DNA of 64,000 nucleotides from Paraspadella gotoi. Taxonomy: Eukaryota; Animalia; Chaetognatha. The notes below the pieces were generated by a model, which worked only from the letters and a program-made list of their open reading frames with translations, made no database searches and was not told where the DNA came from. A program made the position numbers and the translations under genes. Below are positions 12,002 to 25,839 of this stretch, piece after piece. The stretch covers positions 27,419,017-27,483,016 of the forward strand of contig CM119266.1 in assembly GCA_051294375.1 (NCBI GenBank). The letters are read 5' to 3'. How positions within the stretch are numbered: the stretch's first letter is position 1; the number at the start of each line of letters is the position of its first letter.

Positions 12002-12874
12002 AAGACGCTTTCCACGCGCTCTCGTTTTTTTTGGTTTTTTTTGTTTCTTTTCTTTTGATTCTTTTACGCGTTTTGTTCTTTTGTTTACGACGTTAATCGT
12101 TACCGTATAGTTTGATTATCAAATAAAATATTAAAAAAAATGGCGTAGTGAGATTTTTAAAAAAAAATTTCCTGAAATATTTGATTGGAGAATTCGAGGT
12201 TAATGAGATGAACTGTTTGCGTTTGGTTTTTTTTTTTTTTAAATCTACTTGTCCATCGCGTGGAGCCTTTTCTTTTATCGAATCGATTCGATCGTAGCGA
12301 CGCCTTTCGTCCAAGATCGCGCGCGATTGCGGTACGAGTCGGCGTCGGCGGCGTCGTCGATGATTCTGCCAATCGGCGTCTCGAGACGGCGCCACCAATT
12401 AGTACCGCGATTCGGTACCGAGGGACTTGGCCGCGTTGGCGTCGCTGTCTTGGCGCTACGTCACACTCCCGCTCTCAAACGTCGGTGGATTCAGTTTTCT
12501 CCGTCACTCGCGATCCCATGACGTTGATCACGTGACCCGAGCGCGCCACGCAGGACAGAAAAAAGTCATCCTAAAAAAAAATTATTTCAATATTTCATAA
12601 AAATCACCGAACTCAATCGTACAATGGGAAAGTTACATGGTGAGAATCAGGGAGTGAAAGTGAGGAAAACGAAAGAGAAAGAAAGAAAAAAAGAAAGAAA
12701 GAACAAAAAAATACATATATACAAAGAAAGAAAGAAAATAATTGAGTTTTTTTTTCAAAACTAAGTTTTTTTTTTTTATTATTTGTCTTCGCGCCGCTGG
12801 ATATTTTGTCTCTGCATATTTAGTGAATGAAAGAGAGGAAGCAGAGGAGGAGAGAGGAGAGAGAGAGGAGAGAG

Positions 12875-12926
<52 letters not shown>

Positions 12927-13399
12927 CAAAATTGAGCACCGGAAGTAACTTTTCCTGGCGTCGTCAGCGTTGCCGTTGTCGGAGGAGGAGAGGTGGGGTC
13001 TGGGCGACGTAGGGGGGAGTGGTGGGTTTAAGAGTTTGAGAGGCGGAGCCCTGGGGGAGGGTGGTTGGCGAGGGAGGCGGAGGCGACGGTAGCGAAGTCG
13101 ACTCGTGAAACAAAACAGCAAAACGAAAAAAAAACTGTGACGTGATGTGAATAAAATTAGGGTCGATGGAGCGAATATTTTAACGACGCCGAAAACGAAC
13201 GAAATTTTAAATAAAACAAAACAATTTTCGAGTTAAAACTCGAAACTCTGAAGAAAACGAAATACATAAAGATTTACTTAAAAAAGAAAAGAAGGCATCA
13301 ATTTCTCTCGTTATTAGCGACTTAATAAGTATGGAGAAATTTTGTGTTCGGCGCGAAATGTAAAAAAATGAGCGGATGATAGAATTTGACAAAGGTGAA

Positions 13400-13521
13400 T
13401 GGGAAGGGAAGGGAAGGAAGGGAAGGGGAAGGGGAAGGGAAGGGAAGGGAAGGGCAAGGCGAAGGAAGGGACAAGCGAAATTGAAGAGTGAAGTGAAGGG
13501 AAGAGAAGGGAAGGGAAGGGA
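13400..13521. repeat. (GGGAA)n degenerate microsatellite
   Basis: Directly visible. Confidence 0.85.
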
Positions 13522-14011
13522 ACACTAATATATCTTTATTGGATGGTGGAATAAGAAATTATGACTCCATTGAAAAAAATATAGAAATATAGAAAAATAC
13601 ACAACGAACTGAAAGAGCATATACAAAGTCTAGAAAAATACCAAAACGTTTTTCATTCGCATGATACATTCAGAAACGTAACTGAGATTTACATTTAAAT
13701 ACGAGGAGAAAATTATACCATACAAAGAAATAAATAAATATTTTTTTATAATTTATTGAAAAATTTCCTACCATTAATTTGTCAATGTATAAAAAGGAAA
13801 AAACGCATGAAAGTCCGATAGATACATATAACACGTAATCCCACTACTAGTGGCACTAGGACATATTCCAATATTCTATATTTCCCTTGAAAAAAAAATT
13901 GTTCCCACTTAATATTACCATGCATACACATCTACTTTTCCAAGAACTTCACTCACGAAAACCTTTTTCTCAAAACTTCGTAAATTTCCATATGATTTTG
14001 ACACAAATAAA

Positions 14012-15730
14012 AACAAATTTGAGCAAACAATGTCGGATCTGCCTACGATAATTAAGCGGTAATCTGCTAATCAGATAATAAATCACAATTTTTTTTTAAA
14101 TAACTCGCATCATTTTTTCAACTCGAATCTTTTTTTCTACTCATATCATTTTTTCAATTTACATCATTTTTTCAATTTGCATCATTTTTTCAATTTGCAT
14201 CATTTTTTCAACTTGCATCATTTTTTAAAATTGCATCATTTTTTCACATTAAATAAATAATTAATTAAAACATTTATTAGTAATAATAAATAATAAAGAT
14301 TCAAGTAAATGTGACTTATGTTTTTTCCATATAAACTCATTTTCACTGGCACGATTCCGTCAAAACTTGATATCAAGCTTCACTTTCCTACACGCACACA
14401 AAATTTTATCTCAATCTATTAATTCAATTATGNNNNNNNNNNNNNNNNNNNNNNNNNNNNNNNNNNNNNNNNNNNNNNNNNNNNNNNNNNNNNNNNNNNN
14501 NNNNNNNNNNNNNNNNNNNNNNNNNNNNNNNNNNNNNNTTCGTCACACACTTTCCTACCCACACACAAAATTTTAACTAAATCTACTCATCCAATTATGA
14601 TTAAATAAAGTATTTATTGGTTAAAATAAGTAAAAAGATTTTAGGCAGTGATTTCTATATGGGTATTTTCAACAATGAAATTGAAACTTATATAACTATT
14701 ATTTCTTTTTTCCCACTGATTAATATAACACACGCTTTATTTAAAAAAACGGTTGGCTATAGTTATCTTTTCCTTATAGAACTCACTGGGAGAATTTCTA
14801 TGCTTTCAAAATACGGTAAGACATAATTTCTTTTACGTTAATCATTCTATTTATAGTATCTGCCCTTAAGATGAAACTAAAACGATTTTTTATGGCAAGG
14901 GCAACTTTTAAAGGTTAAGTTGCTCGTCAGATCTATCGTGTTTTTTAGATATTAGGCAAAAAAACGGCACACTATATTTTAAAACTTTTTTCCATTTTTC
15001 CACTATTTTTTTTCTATCTTTAACCTTCTCTCTGTTCCTCTCTTTTTCTCTCTTTCTTTCCCTTTCTCCGACTTTTCTGTCCTCATATTTCTCTGTGTCA
15101 TCCCTTCTTTTCTTCCTTTACCTTTATTTTCCTTCCTTTCTATCTCTACTTTTATCTCCCTCTCTGATTCTCTTTCTTCCCTCTTTCTTATCTTTTCTTT
15201 TCTCTTAATTGTTCTCATTCTCCCCCTTCTCCCCATATATTAATTTCTTTCCACTATTTCTCTCTCTCCCTGAAACTTTTTTTTCACCCATGCTCTCTCT
15301 TCTCTCATCTTTTTCTCATTCTCACTCATTTTTTGCATTTATATTATACTAGATGTATAAANNNNNNNNNNAAGATTTTAGTAAATGGGACTTATGTTTT
15401 TTCTGGACGAATGACGGACGGACGGACGAACGACGGACGGATGGACGAACGACGGACGGACGGACATCATTTTTTTTGCATAATTTATCATAAATCGATG
15501 TTCTGACATGATGTAAGTGATTGCCTGTAGTGGTAGTATTTCATACCCCACTACTCGTCCGAGAATCAGCAGCACCTATGGCGCCGGAGGTAGCACGAGC
15601 TCCTCCCAACCCAAAGGACTCGGGTTCGCGCCCTTGTGGTAGTATTTCATAACCCATTACTTGCCCGACATTATTGAGAGGGCGGACCGACGGACCGACA
15701 AAGTGAATTATAGAGTCGGGATCTGCTGAG
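14012..15730 (-). mobile_element. HINE copy B (gapped; may be two partial copies)
   Basis: Starts AACAAATTTGAGCAAACAATGTCGGATCTGC, as at 43750. Contains the 18-bp array and the ~180-bp unit, and ends with the GGAC tract and ...TATAGAGTCGGGATCTGCTGA. Interrupted by N gaps at 14433-14538 and 15362-15371. Confidence 0.6.
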
Positions 15731-16561
15731 AGCTGAAAGAATAAAGAAGGAAATGAAAAGAGTTTGAGTTTCGCCAAAACGTCGGCCCAATTCAGACGAC
15801 TCACTTCTTTTAAGGGTCAATCCGTCACTCGGTGTCAGGGGAGAGACGGCCTCCACCGCTGAGTCGACTTACTCGGGGGTAAGTCACCCCAATGCGAAAC
15901 CCACTTCTGCAGAAACGTCGACATTTTATTCTCCAAGTTGAATCAAGAAAAAAAAAAATTCCTCGATTCTTCGATATTTTTTTTTCCGTTGACGCCAGTT
16001 ACATCCTGGTGGGGAATCCAAGTTTAATATCGACGAATTACATCCGGAGATTATTTTAGAAATCGCGGCGGGAGCCGCAGCTGTTGAAATCCCCGAGAAT
16101 AAACACCTCATAATCCTTCCCATTACTTTTGGCAGAAAAATTCAAATTTTCACTCCTTTTTTTTTTACATTTAGGTTTGAGATGGAGTCGAAGAGACGGA
16201 GAGACTAGAAAAAGGAAGGTGGTTAGGGTGGAGGTGGTTCAGGTGGTTGAGGTGGTTTAGGTGGGAGGGGGGGAGAAGTGAGAGGTGATAAAGAGAGAAG
16301 TGAGAGGAGGAATAAAAAAGGAAGGAGAAATGGAGGGAATGAGTCGAAGAGCGAGTGGAGAGAAAGCGATTGTGAAAAGAAAAATGAGTAAAAAAAAAAA
16401 AAAATCCGATGAGATTTGTTGCTTTATTCAATGAATCAAACCATAAGCGTCATCATTTCAACTCATTGATTTACATTTACTGAAAGGCTTGCTGAATAAT
16501 AACAAATTTAAAAGTCGTTTTACTTTTGAAGATTTTGAGAGAGAGAGAGCTAGAGAGAGAG

Positions 16562-16600
<39 letters not shown>

Positions 16601-16869
16601 ATTGGGGATTCGGATGAATTCAGGTTAATTCGAGGGCGTTAAGTATGAGTTACGTACAGTGGATACGGTTTTTGGAAAAATTTTATCCTCAGAAAAAGAA
16701 ATGAAGTACGGGTTTTCACCGTGCGGGACTCAGGAGGAAAATTGGCGATGGGAACGTTTTACGATAGATCTCGTAAATTTAAAATGTTTATAGTGTGAAA
16801 TTATATAAAATATTTAGTTGAGGGAGAAACACGAACGTTTTCGAGGATCCGAGAATTCGAGGGTAAAAT

Positions 16870-16950
16870 AACAAAACAAACAAAACAAACAAAACAAACA
16901 AAACAAACAAAACAAACAAAACAAACAAAACAAAAACAAAACAAAACAAA
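16870..16950. repeat. (AAAACAAAC)n 9-bp tandem repeat
   Basis: Directly visible. Confidence 0.9.
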
Positions 16951-17470
16951 TGGTGAGGATTCGAATTTCAACGACTCGCGATATACTTTTTTTATTTTAT
17001 TTTTTTAGGTTTGAGATTTTGTGAAGTTTTTTTTTAAGTAAAAAAATCGAGATTAAATTTAATTTCGGGTTTTGACTCTCGCGCGGAGAGAAGAGACCGG
17101 AAAATGTGCTTTGGATCATTTGAAAGGAAAAAGATAAAGAAAACGAAATAGAAGAAGATTTAAAAAGATTAAACATTATTTGAATTGACTATTGAGAACT
17201 GGTGATAAAAAATCAGGGGGGGGGAGTGGATGGGAAAAGCAGTGAGATACGAAAATTAAAAAAAAAAAAAAAAATAGCGACAACGAGAGCGACAGCGACA
17301 AGAACGAAAACTCCGACTTTATCTAAAACGCAAGCACAAAAATAAAAAATAATTAAAAAAATAAACAAACATACGAGCGAAATTGATATAGGATCTGAGG
17401 GAGAAGAGTAAAATGAAGAATCTTTGGCGTCGATTTCGTTCAGCCCATACATCTAGGATCAGATCCATCG

Positions 17471-17537
<67 letters not shown>

Positions 17538-17729
17538 CTCTCCTCTCTCTTCTCTCTTCGTAGTCTTTTTATAAAAAAGAAGAAGAATTCCCAATAAAAA
17601 TGTCGAAATAAAAATAATGTCCGAAAATTTTGAATGAAATTCGTTTAAAAGTAAAGAAGAGTTTTGACTCCAAGGTTAATGTATTGAGGCCGATGAATGA
17701 GATCGACATGAGATTCGACAGGCAATTAA

Positions 17730-17772
<43 letters not shown>

Positions 17773-17976
17773 AGAGAAGGAGAGAGAGAGGAGAGAGAGA
17801 GAGAGAGAGAGATTCAAGTAATTCCACGGATACTTTTATCGTAGTGGCATTTTCTACAGTTTCTTGTTACCTTTTCGTTCGCGGAAATTCTGTCAATATA
17901 TATAAGGCAATGTTTCATGTTTCAAGTTACCATTCCACTTGTAATGCTTATTTATTCCTTTACGTATATATAATTA

Positions 17977-18163
17977 TATGAAATTGGTACAACCAATATA
18001 AAAATTATCCATTCATTTAATAAATAAGCTATCTTGCCCCTGACTTTGGACAGGCTTTGGTGGTTTAAGGCCTCCATCACTCTTACAAGATAATGACATA
18101 GCAGGTCCCTGCAAGCTTTCAATCAAGACTCTCTCACAGTCTCTTTTATTCACTCCCAGAGTA
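17977..18163 (-). mobile_element. 187-bp dispersed element, inverted copy
   Basis: Reverse complement of 11236-11422. Confidence 0.8.
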
Positions 18164-19542
18164 CCTGGCTTCCCTATCAATGAAGTGGAAAATATTTCAA
18201 AGAATGTTTCAATTGTATCAATTGTATATTCCAAACATACTTCTTTCTTCTTTGCATATGAAGAAAATCCGTAGTCATATTCTGCTTCACCTTTATATAT
18301 ATGGTCGATATAAGAAGGACACCTAGGCGGGCGAGGCGGGGAATAATCGGAAGAGACTTCTTAGAATCGAAAAACAATGCTAATAAGGTTAGAGACTGAG
18401 AGCCGAACCGACAGGAATATGCAAATTATGCTTCGTCTCGGTCGAAGCGGAATCCAGTGACTTCCATTTCCGACGATGGAAGGAAGACGAAAAAGAAAAG
18501 ATAAAAATGGTCGCGACTTTTAGAGGAAAAGATGGGATGAATCGTTTGGGGAGGAAAAAGAAAGGAAATTTTGGAGAATTTGGAGGAAAACGGATTTTAC
18601 AAATAGGAAAAGAAAAGGAAAGAAAATGGTTATGAGTTTTGAGGAAAGTTAGAGTGAATTGTGAGAATAAACTGTTCGTGACAAAAGAATAGCTTTGAAT
18701 TATGACAAATTAATATTAAAATATAAAATATAAATATATAAAAATATAAAATATTTTAAAACAATTATAAATGCAAAACCTAAAAAATGACTGACTGACC
18801 GAAAAGTGTTCTATATAGAGAATCGGCAGCCGGACCTGAAAACAATGGCTTCCACTCGAAAGGAAAGGAACGGATCGATTTGGGATTGAATAAAACTCAA
18901 TTCGCTCCAGTTCACACCAGGAACCGCAACAACTTTCGTACTCAAGTATATTTGTCTATTGAGAGATATTTTACTACCACTTTAGTATAAAATTCTTTTC
19001 TAATACGTTTTTTTTATTGGGCTGGAATTAAAGGGATACAATTATACATTTGCCCCGTTGTAAATTCTTTTTGGCATCGATTTTGGGCCGAGGCCAACTT
19101 GGGATTTCGAATGCGCGCGGGTGTCCTGGTCCGGGGAAAAAAGAAAAGAGGGAAGCAGTTTGCACACTTTTTTTCGTGAGAGAAAAACAGAGAGGGGTGT
19201 GGAGTCCAGGGAATAACGGAAAGCGAAAAAGATTTGCGACTTTTTGTTGATGCAAAGAAAAGAATAACTGAAAAAAAAAGACAAGAAACCCTGTCGGCGA
19301 CCTTGGAAAAAAGATTAAAAAAGCAAAAGCCAGTTAAAAACTCAGTGAACTGAGCCTTTTTTGTAAATTGCGAGGCAAGAGAATTTCGAAATTTACAGTT
19401 TTGGAACCAGAACGCCAAATATTCTGAATAGGAAAGCGATTTTCGAGATGGAAATTATTATGAACTCGATGGAAAATGAAGCTGGAAATTTAGACTTTTT
19501 TTATTTCTATTTGGAGAGAGAGTGAGGTAGTGAAAGAAAAGA

Positions 19543-19583
<41 letters not shown>

Positions 19584-19719
19584 GGGAGAGAGAGAGGAGA
19601 GAGAGAGAGAGATGTAGTTTCAGACGAACGTTGTCTTGTCTTCTCTCAGCGACAGATTCTGTTGCAATTCGTTGTTTTTGCTTCTGTTTTGCACAGAAAT
19701 CATCGTCCTTTGCTCTCTG

Positions 19720-19755
<36 letters not shown>

Positions 19756-20898
19756 TCTCTCTCTTCTCTCCTCTTTCCATTCCAATTGACGATTAAGTAA
19801 TTCCTTCATTCGTCTGTAAGTTGTGACTTTGTTCGTGACGCACTGATTGATTGACGTTTTCTTTTCATTCTGTTTGTCATTATGATTATCCTTAGCTGGG
19901 AATTGTTTAAATTTTACCGACGAGATTTGTTTTATCGCGAAAATCCGCTGACACTAAGTATTTTAAAAGGAACATTTTCGATTGAATAAAATTGAGGAAT
20001 TATTAACAAAAGCCTAGTACTTTTTAAAAAAAACTTAAACGTATAATCAAAGGAAATTAAAATGTTGTTCAATGAACATGTTCATTTCATTTGGCGAAAA
20101 ATATTGTCTGGAAAAAAAAAGTTTCATCAGGTCAAAGTCCCGATTTATTTATAGACTTTGTTCCGGGAAAGAGTCGATTATCGTTTTAATGAAAATGGAT
20201 TTGACATTTTTTTTGGTTTTTTTAGTAAAAAAAAAAATCGTCTTCTTTCCTTGGATTTTCCTTCGACTCTTTGTTGCTTCTGTCTTTTTTCTACTTCTCT
20301 TCCTCGTTGGCGTGGTTGTCGTCGCCTTTGTCGTCATCGTCGTCGTCATCGTCGCCGTCTAGTTTCGCGTCGTCGTTAATGGCGTCGTTCTCAGCGCCTT
20401 CTTCTTCTTCGTCGTCGTCGTCGTCGTCGTCATAGTCACGGGCGACGTGCTTACAGTCAGCAACGGACGAAAGAAAAGCGTCGCCGACGACGACGACGAC
20501 GACGACGACGACAAAGACGATGAGGAAGACGAAAATATAACGACGACGAAGACTACGATAAAGATGACCAGGAAAACGACGTGAAAAACGTAAATAAATA
20601 ACAATTCTGACATACATATTAAGTATATGTAGTCGGGCATTGCCTAGGTTCACCCCGCCTATAAGCATGACTCTTTCAGTTGTGACCCGGTGGCTCATTG
20701 AGTAAAGCCATCAGCTCATGACCACGGTACCTACCCTGCGTTCTACTTCCGGCCGCGCCCACGCCAGATATCGACTCAGTCAAAGGGGAAAAATAATTCA
20801 CGAAAATTTTGTCAAGAAAGACGCAAAACAAGACGGATATCACCTTAAAGACGATGATGGCGACGACGACGACGATGACGTCGACAATGATAACAATG

Positions 20899-23660
20899 AC
20901 GTTAAGGACGAATTCAAGATATCGAGGGGCAACGGCGCAGTCGATACAAGTGAAGATGATGATTGTGACGTTGATGAAAATGACAACAGAGATGAAGATG
21001 AAAAACAGGACGACATGGACCAAGAAGATGATAACGACGACAAATGCAATGACGACAACTGCGATTGCGACGATGACAATGACGATGACGTTGACAATGA
21101 TAACAATGACGTACTGATCTGACTCTCCGGTGCTTTCATCCTTGGAGTTTTAAAGCCATCAGCTCATGACACGGTACCTACCCTGCGTTCTACTTCCGGC
21201 CGCGCCACGCCAGATATCGACTCAGTCAAAGGGGAAAAATAATTTCACGAAATTTTGTCAAGAAAGACGCAAACACAAGACGGATTATCACCTTAAAGAC
21301 AGATGATGGCGACGACGACGACGATGACGTCGACAATGATAACAATGACTGTGTCAGTTAAGGACGAATTCAAGGCGACCTATCGAGGGCAACGGCCGCC
21401 TCCCCATTGCGTCGATACTTACATGTGTATTAGAATTGCATGTTCAGTGCGTTGCTTGATGGGTCAGTATATCTCGATAAACTTCTTAATCGACAACAGA
21501 GATGAAGATGACAAAACAGGACGACATGGACCAAAGAAGGATGATAACGACGACGAATGCCAATGACGACGAACTGCGATTGCCGACAATGACAATGACG
21601 GATGACAGATTCGGACAAAATCAGCATTATATAACTCAATGACTCGTTTTAGTACGAATCTGTCAACGCATCATCGAGTCATTTCTCATCTGCTCTTCCC
21701 TCCTTCCCGCTGTTCCGCCTTCTGGTATGTCCCCGGGGCAATTTAAGGGCCGGCGTCAGTCTTGAAAATGATACATAGTCGAATGAATCGCATTGATCAT
21801 GTGACGCTTGAGCTAAAAACAATGACAACAGAGCATGACAGATAGAAAAACCAGGACGACACATGCGACCAAGCAAGCGATAAGATAATATTCAAATGAC
21901 GAATCGCTTATTATGACGTACATAACTTTGCCTCGTATCCCTGCGCCACTCGTACTGACAACGCCACAAAATGACGTATTGACAATAAGAATAAACTATA
22001 ACCCTGACCGTTAAGGACGAATTCAACCGATATCGACGGGGCAACGGGCCCGCGCAGTTGCATACCAACGTGCCCACGACGTGACCCCGACCAATGATGT
22101 GACGGCCGTCCGACCGCACAACGCACCACGGACACGAGGATACACAGACCGGAAAAACAGGACGACCAATGCGCACAANNNNNNNNNNNNNNNNNNNNNN
22201 NNNTAAGGACGAATTCAAGATATCGAGGGGCAACGGCGCAGTCGATACAAGTGAAGATGATGATTGTGACGTTGATAAAAATGACAACAGAGATGAAGAT
22301 GAAAAACAGGACGACATGGACCAAGAAGATGATAAACGAGGACGAATGCAATGACGACAACTGCGATTGGCGACGATGACAACGACAGATGACGTTGAAC
22401 AATGATAACAATGACGTTAAGGACGAATTCAAGATATCGAGGGGCAACGGCGCAGTCGATACAAGTGAAGATGATGATTGTGACGTCGACGAAACGATGA
22501 CAGAGATAAAGACGAAAACAGGACGGACATGGACAAGAAGATGATAACGACGACGAATGCAATGACGACAACTGCAATTGCAACGATGACAACGACGATG
22601 ACGTTGACAATGATAACAATGACGTTAAGGACGATTCAAGATATCGAGGGGCAACGGCGCAGTCGATACAAGTGAAGATGATGATTGTTGACGTCAACAA
22701 AAACGACGACAGAGATAAAGATGAAAAACAGGACGACATGGACCAAGAAGATGATAACATGACGAATGCAATGACGACAACTGCAGAATTGCGACAATGA
22801 CAAAGACGATGACGTTGACAATGATAACAATGTCGTTAAGGACGAATTCAAGATATCGAGGGCAACGGCGGCAGTTTCGATACAAGTGAAGATGATGATT
22901 GTGACGTCGACGAAAACGACGACAGAGATAAAGACGGACAAACAGGACTGACATGGACCAAGAAGATGATAACGACGACAGAATGCAATGACGACATACT
23001 GCGATTGCGACGATACAATGAAACGATGACATTGACAATGATAACAATGACGTTAGACGAATTCAGATATCGAGGGCAACGGCGGCAGTCGATACACAGT
23101 GAAATGATGATTTGTGACAGTCGACTGAAAACTGGACGACAGAGATGAAAGACGAAAACAGGACGAACATGGACCAAGAAGATGATAACGACGACGAAAA
23201 TGAATGACGACGAACTGGATTGCACGATGACAAATGACGATGACGTGACATGATAACAATGACGTTAAGGACGAATTCGAAGATATCGAGGGGCAACGGC
23301 GCAGTCGATACAAGTGTAAGATGATGATGATCCGGAAAACACGACGGATAGAAAGACGACTGGAACAATGATAAGAAATGCAATGCGACAGCGATGCAAA
23401 CGATGACAATGATGACGACAATGAAAAATGAACGTTGACGATCGTATGAGGCATGGCGAGCATCAAATGATGATGGGACGTGATACAAACGACAAGAAAG
23501 AACATGACTGGACCAGGATGAACGACGACGACGACAACAACGACGAATTGACGATGAGACAACGACGAACTTACCGAACGAACTACGATCACGACTTCGA
23601 CTAAACGACCACGATACGACGACGACGACGAGAAACGTCGAAAACAAGAAAACGTCGCGA
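20899..23660 (+). repeat. 210-bp tandem repeat array (Asp-rich coding potential); the first unit is clean and the rest is indel-rich
   Basis: The unit GACGTTAAGGACGAATTCAAGATATCGAGGGGCAACGGCGCAGTCGATACAAG... recurs about every 210 bp. 21120-21360 noisily duplicates 20680-20930. Confidence 0.85.
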
Positions 23661-23736
23661 GGAAAGAAGAAATGCAAAATTGTGAGAATGCGATGTATTT
23701 TTGTTCGAATTCGCGAAAAAGGTTCAAGTCCTTCAG

Positions 23737-24167
23737 TTTTTTCCCTTTTTTTCCCTTTTTTTCCCTTTTTTTCCCTTTTTCCCTTTCCCTTTTTCCCCTT
23801 TTTCCCTTTTTCCCTTTTTTCACTTTTTTCCCTTTTTTTTCCCTTTTTTTTCCCTTTTTTTTCCCTTTTTTCCCTTTTTCCCCTTTTTCCCTTTTTTCCC
23901 TTTTTTTCCCCTTTTTTCCCTTTTTTTCCCTTTTTTTCTTTTTTCCTTTTTTCCCTTTTTTCCCTTTTTTCCCTTTTTTTCCCTTTTTTTCCCCTTTTTT
24001 CCCCTTTTTCCCTTTTTCCCTTTTTCCCTTTTTTCCCTTTTTTTCCTTTTTTTCCCTTTTTTCCCTTTTTTTCCTTTTTTTTCCTTTTTTTCCCTTTTTC
24101 CTTTTTTTCCTTTTTTTCCCTTTTCCTTTTTTCATTTTTTTCCCTTTTTTTCCTTTTTCCCTTTTTT
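23737..24167. repeat. Polypyrimidine (TTTTTCCC)n tract
   Basis: Directly visible. Duplicated with its flanks at 25840-26293. Confidence 0.9.
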
Positions 24168-24499
24168 GACTGAATGCACCGACGGACAGACTGACCAAAA
24201 GGAAGTCAGGAAAAAGTCTCTCTCGGTCGACGCTTCAAGTTTGAAATTGATGCGGACAATCGCCACGCAACATTGGATGTTTAGGATGGGGACAAAAAAA
24301 TGAAGACGACGACGACGACGACGTCGATGTTTTCAACGACGATTTGTCAAGAGCCAAGGATGACGGAGCGGAAGGATTTCTTGAGGGAACAAAAGGATTA
24401 TTTAATGACGTTATGATGGCTAGGGGCAAAATAAAAAAATGTATTAGGAAAAATAAAACCAAGTTGTCGTCGTTGTGTCATTTATGATGGATCAAGACG

Positions 24500-24980
24500 A
24501 TGTCGTCGTCATCGTCGTCGTCACGTTGTCGTCATCGTCGTCGTCAACGTTGTCGTCATCGTCGTCGTCAACGTCGTCGTCATCGTCGTTGTCAACGTCG
24601 TCGTCGTCGTCATCGTCAACGTTGTCGTCATCGTCGTCGTCAACGTTGTCGTCATTGTCGTCGTCAACGTCGTCGTCATCGTCGTTGTCAACGTCGTCGT
24701 CGTCGTCATCGTCAACGTTGTCGTCATCGTCGTCGTCATCGTCGTCGTCAACGTCGTCGTCATCGTCTGTCACGTCGTCGTCGTCGTCTGTATGCGTTGT
24801 GTCAATCGAGTCGTCGTCATATCGTTGTTGTCATCGTCGTCGTCATGTCGTCGTCATCGTCAACGTTGTCGTCATCGTCGTCGTCATCGTCAACGTTGTC
24901 GTCATCGTCGTCGTCAACGTTGTCGTCATCGTCGTCGTCAACGTCGTCGTCATCGTCGTTGTCAACGTCGTCGTCGTCGT
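24500..24980. repeat. 24-bp GTC-based minisatellite (GTCGTCATCGTCGTCGTCAACGTT)n
   Basis: Clean periodic copies. The minus strand reads DDDDDDNV repeats. Confidence 0.9.
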
Positions 24981-24984
24981 CTCT

Positions 24985-25703
24985 AGAAGATGATAACGAC
25001 GACGAATGCAATGACGACAACTGCAATTGCAACGATGACAACGACGATGACGTTGACAATGATAACAATGACGTTAAGGACGAATTCAAGATATCGAGGG
25101 GCAACGGCGCAGTCGATACAAGTGAAGATGATGATTGTGACGTCAACAAAAACGACGACAGAGATAAAGATGAAAAACAGGACGACATGGACCAAGAAGA
25201 TGATAACAATGACGAATGCAATGACGACAACTGCGATTGCGACAATGACAATGACGATGACGTTGACAATGATAACAATGTTGTTAAGGACGAATTCAAG
25301 ATATCGAGGGGCAACGGCGCAGTCGATCCAAGTAAGGAAATGATGATTGTGACGTTGATAAAATGACAACAGAGATGAAGATGAAAAACAGGACGACATG
25401 GACCAAGAAGATGATAACGACGACGAATGCAATGACGACGACTGTGATTGCAACGATGACAACGACGATGTCGTTGACAATGATAACAATGACGTTAAGG
25501 ACGAATTCAAGATATCGAGGGGCAACGGCGCAGTCGATACAAGTGAAGATGATGATTGTGACGTTGATGAAAATGACGACAGAGATGAAGATGAAAAACA
25601 GGATGACATGGACCAAGAAGATGATAACGACGACGACGACAACGACGACGACGACAACAACGACGAATGCAATGACGACGACTTCGACTACGACAACGAT
25701 AAA

Positions 25704-25740
<37 letters not shown>

Positions 25741-25784
25741 TCGAAAAACAAGAAAACGTCGCGAGGAAAGAAGAAATGCAAATT
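24985..25784 (+). repeat. 210-bp tandem array, cleaner copy, encoding DVKDEFKISRGNGAVDTSEDDDCDVDENDNRDEDEKQDDMDQEDDNDDECNDDNCDCDDDNDDDVDNDNN
   Basis: Unit starts at 25070, 25280 and 25491. The Asp frame is open apart from indels near 25330-25362. Confidence 0.85.
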
Positions 25785-25839
25785 GTGAGAATGCGATGTA
25801 TTTTTGTTCGAATTCGCGAAAAAGGTTCAAGTCCTTCAG

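Noticed and set aside
20718-20780. ATG of the 134-aa acidic ORF as the true start
   Set aside because: It lies within a dispersed-repeat segment homologous to 5215-5312 and encodes no signal peptide.
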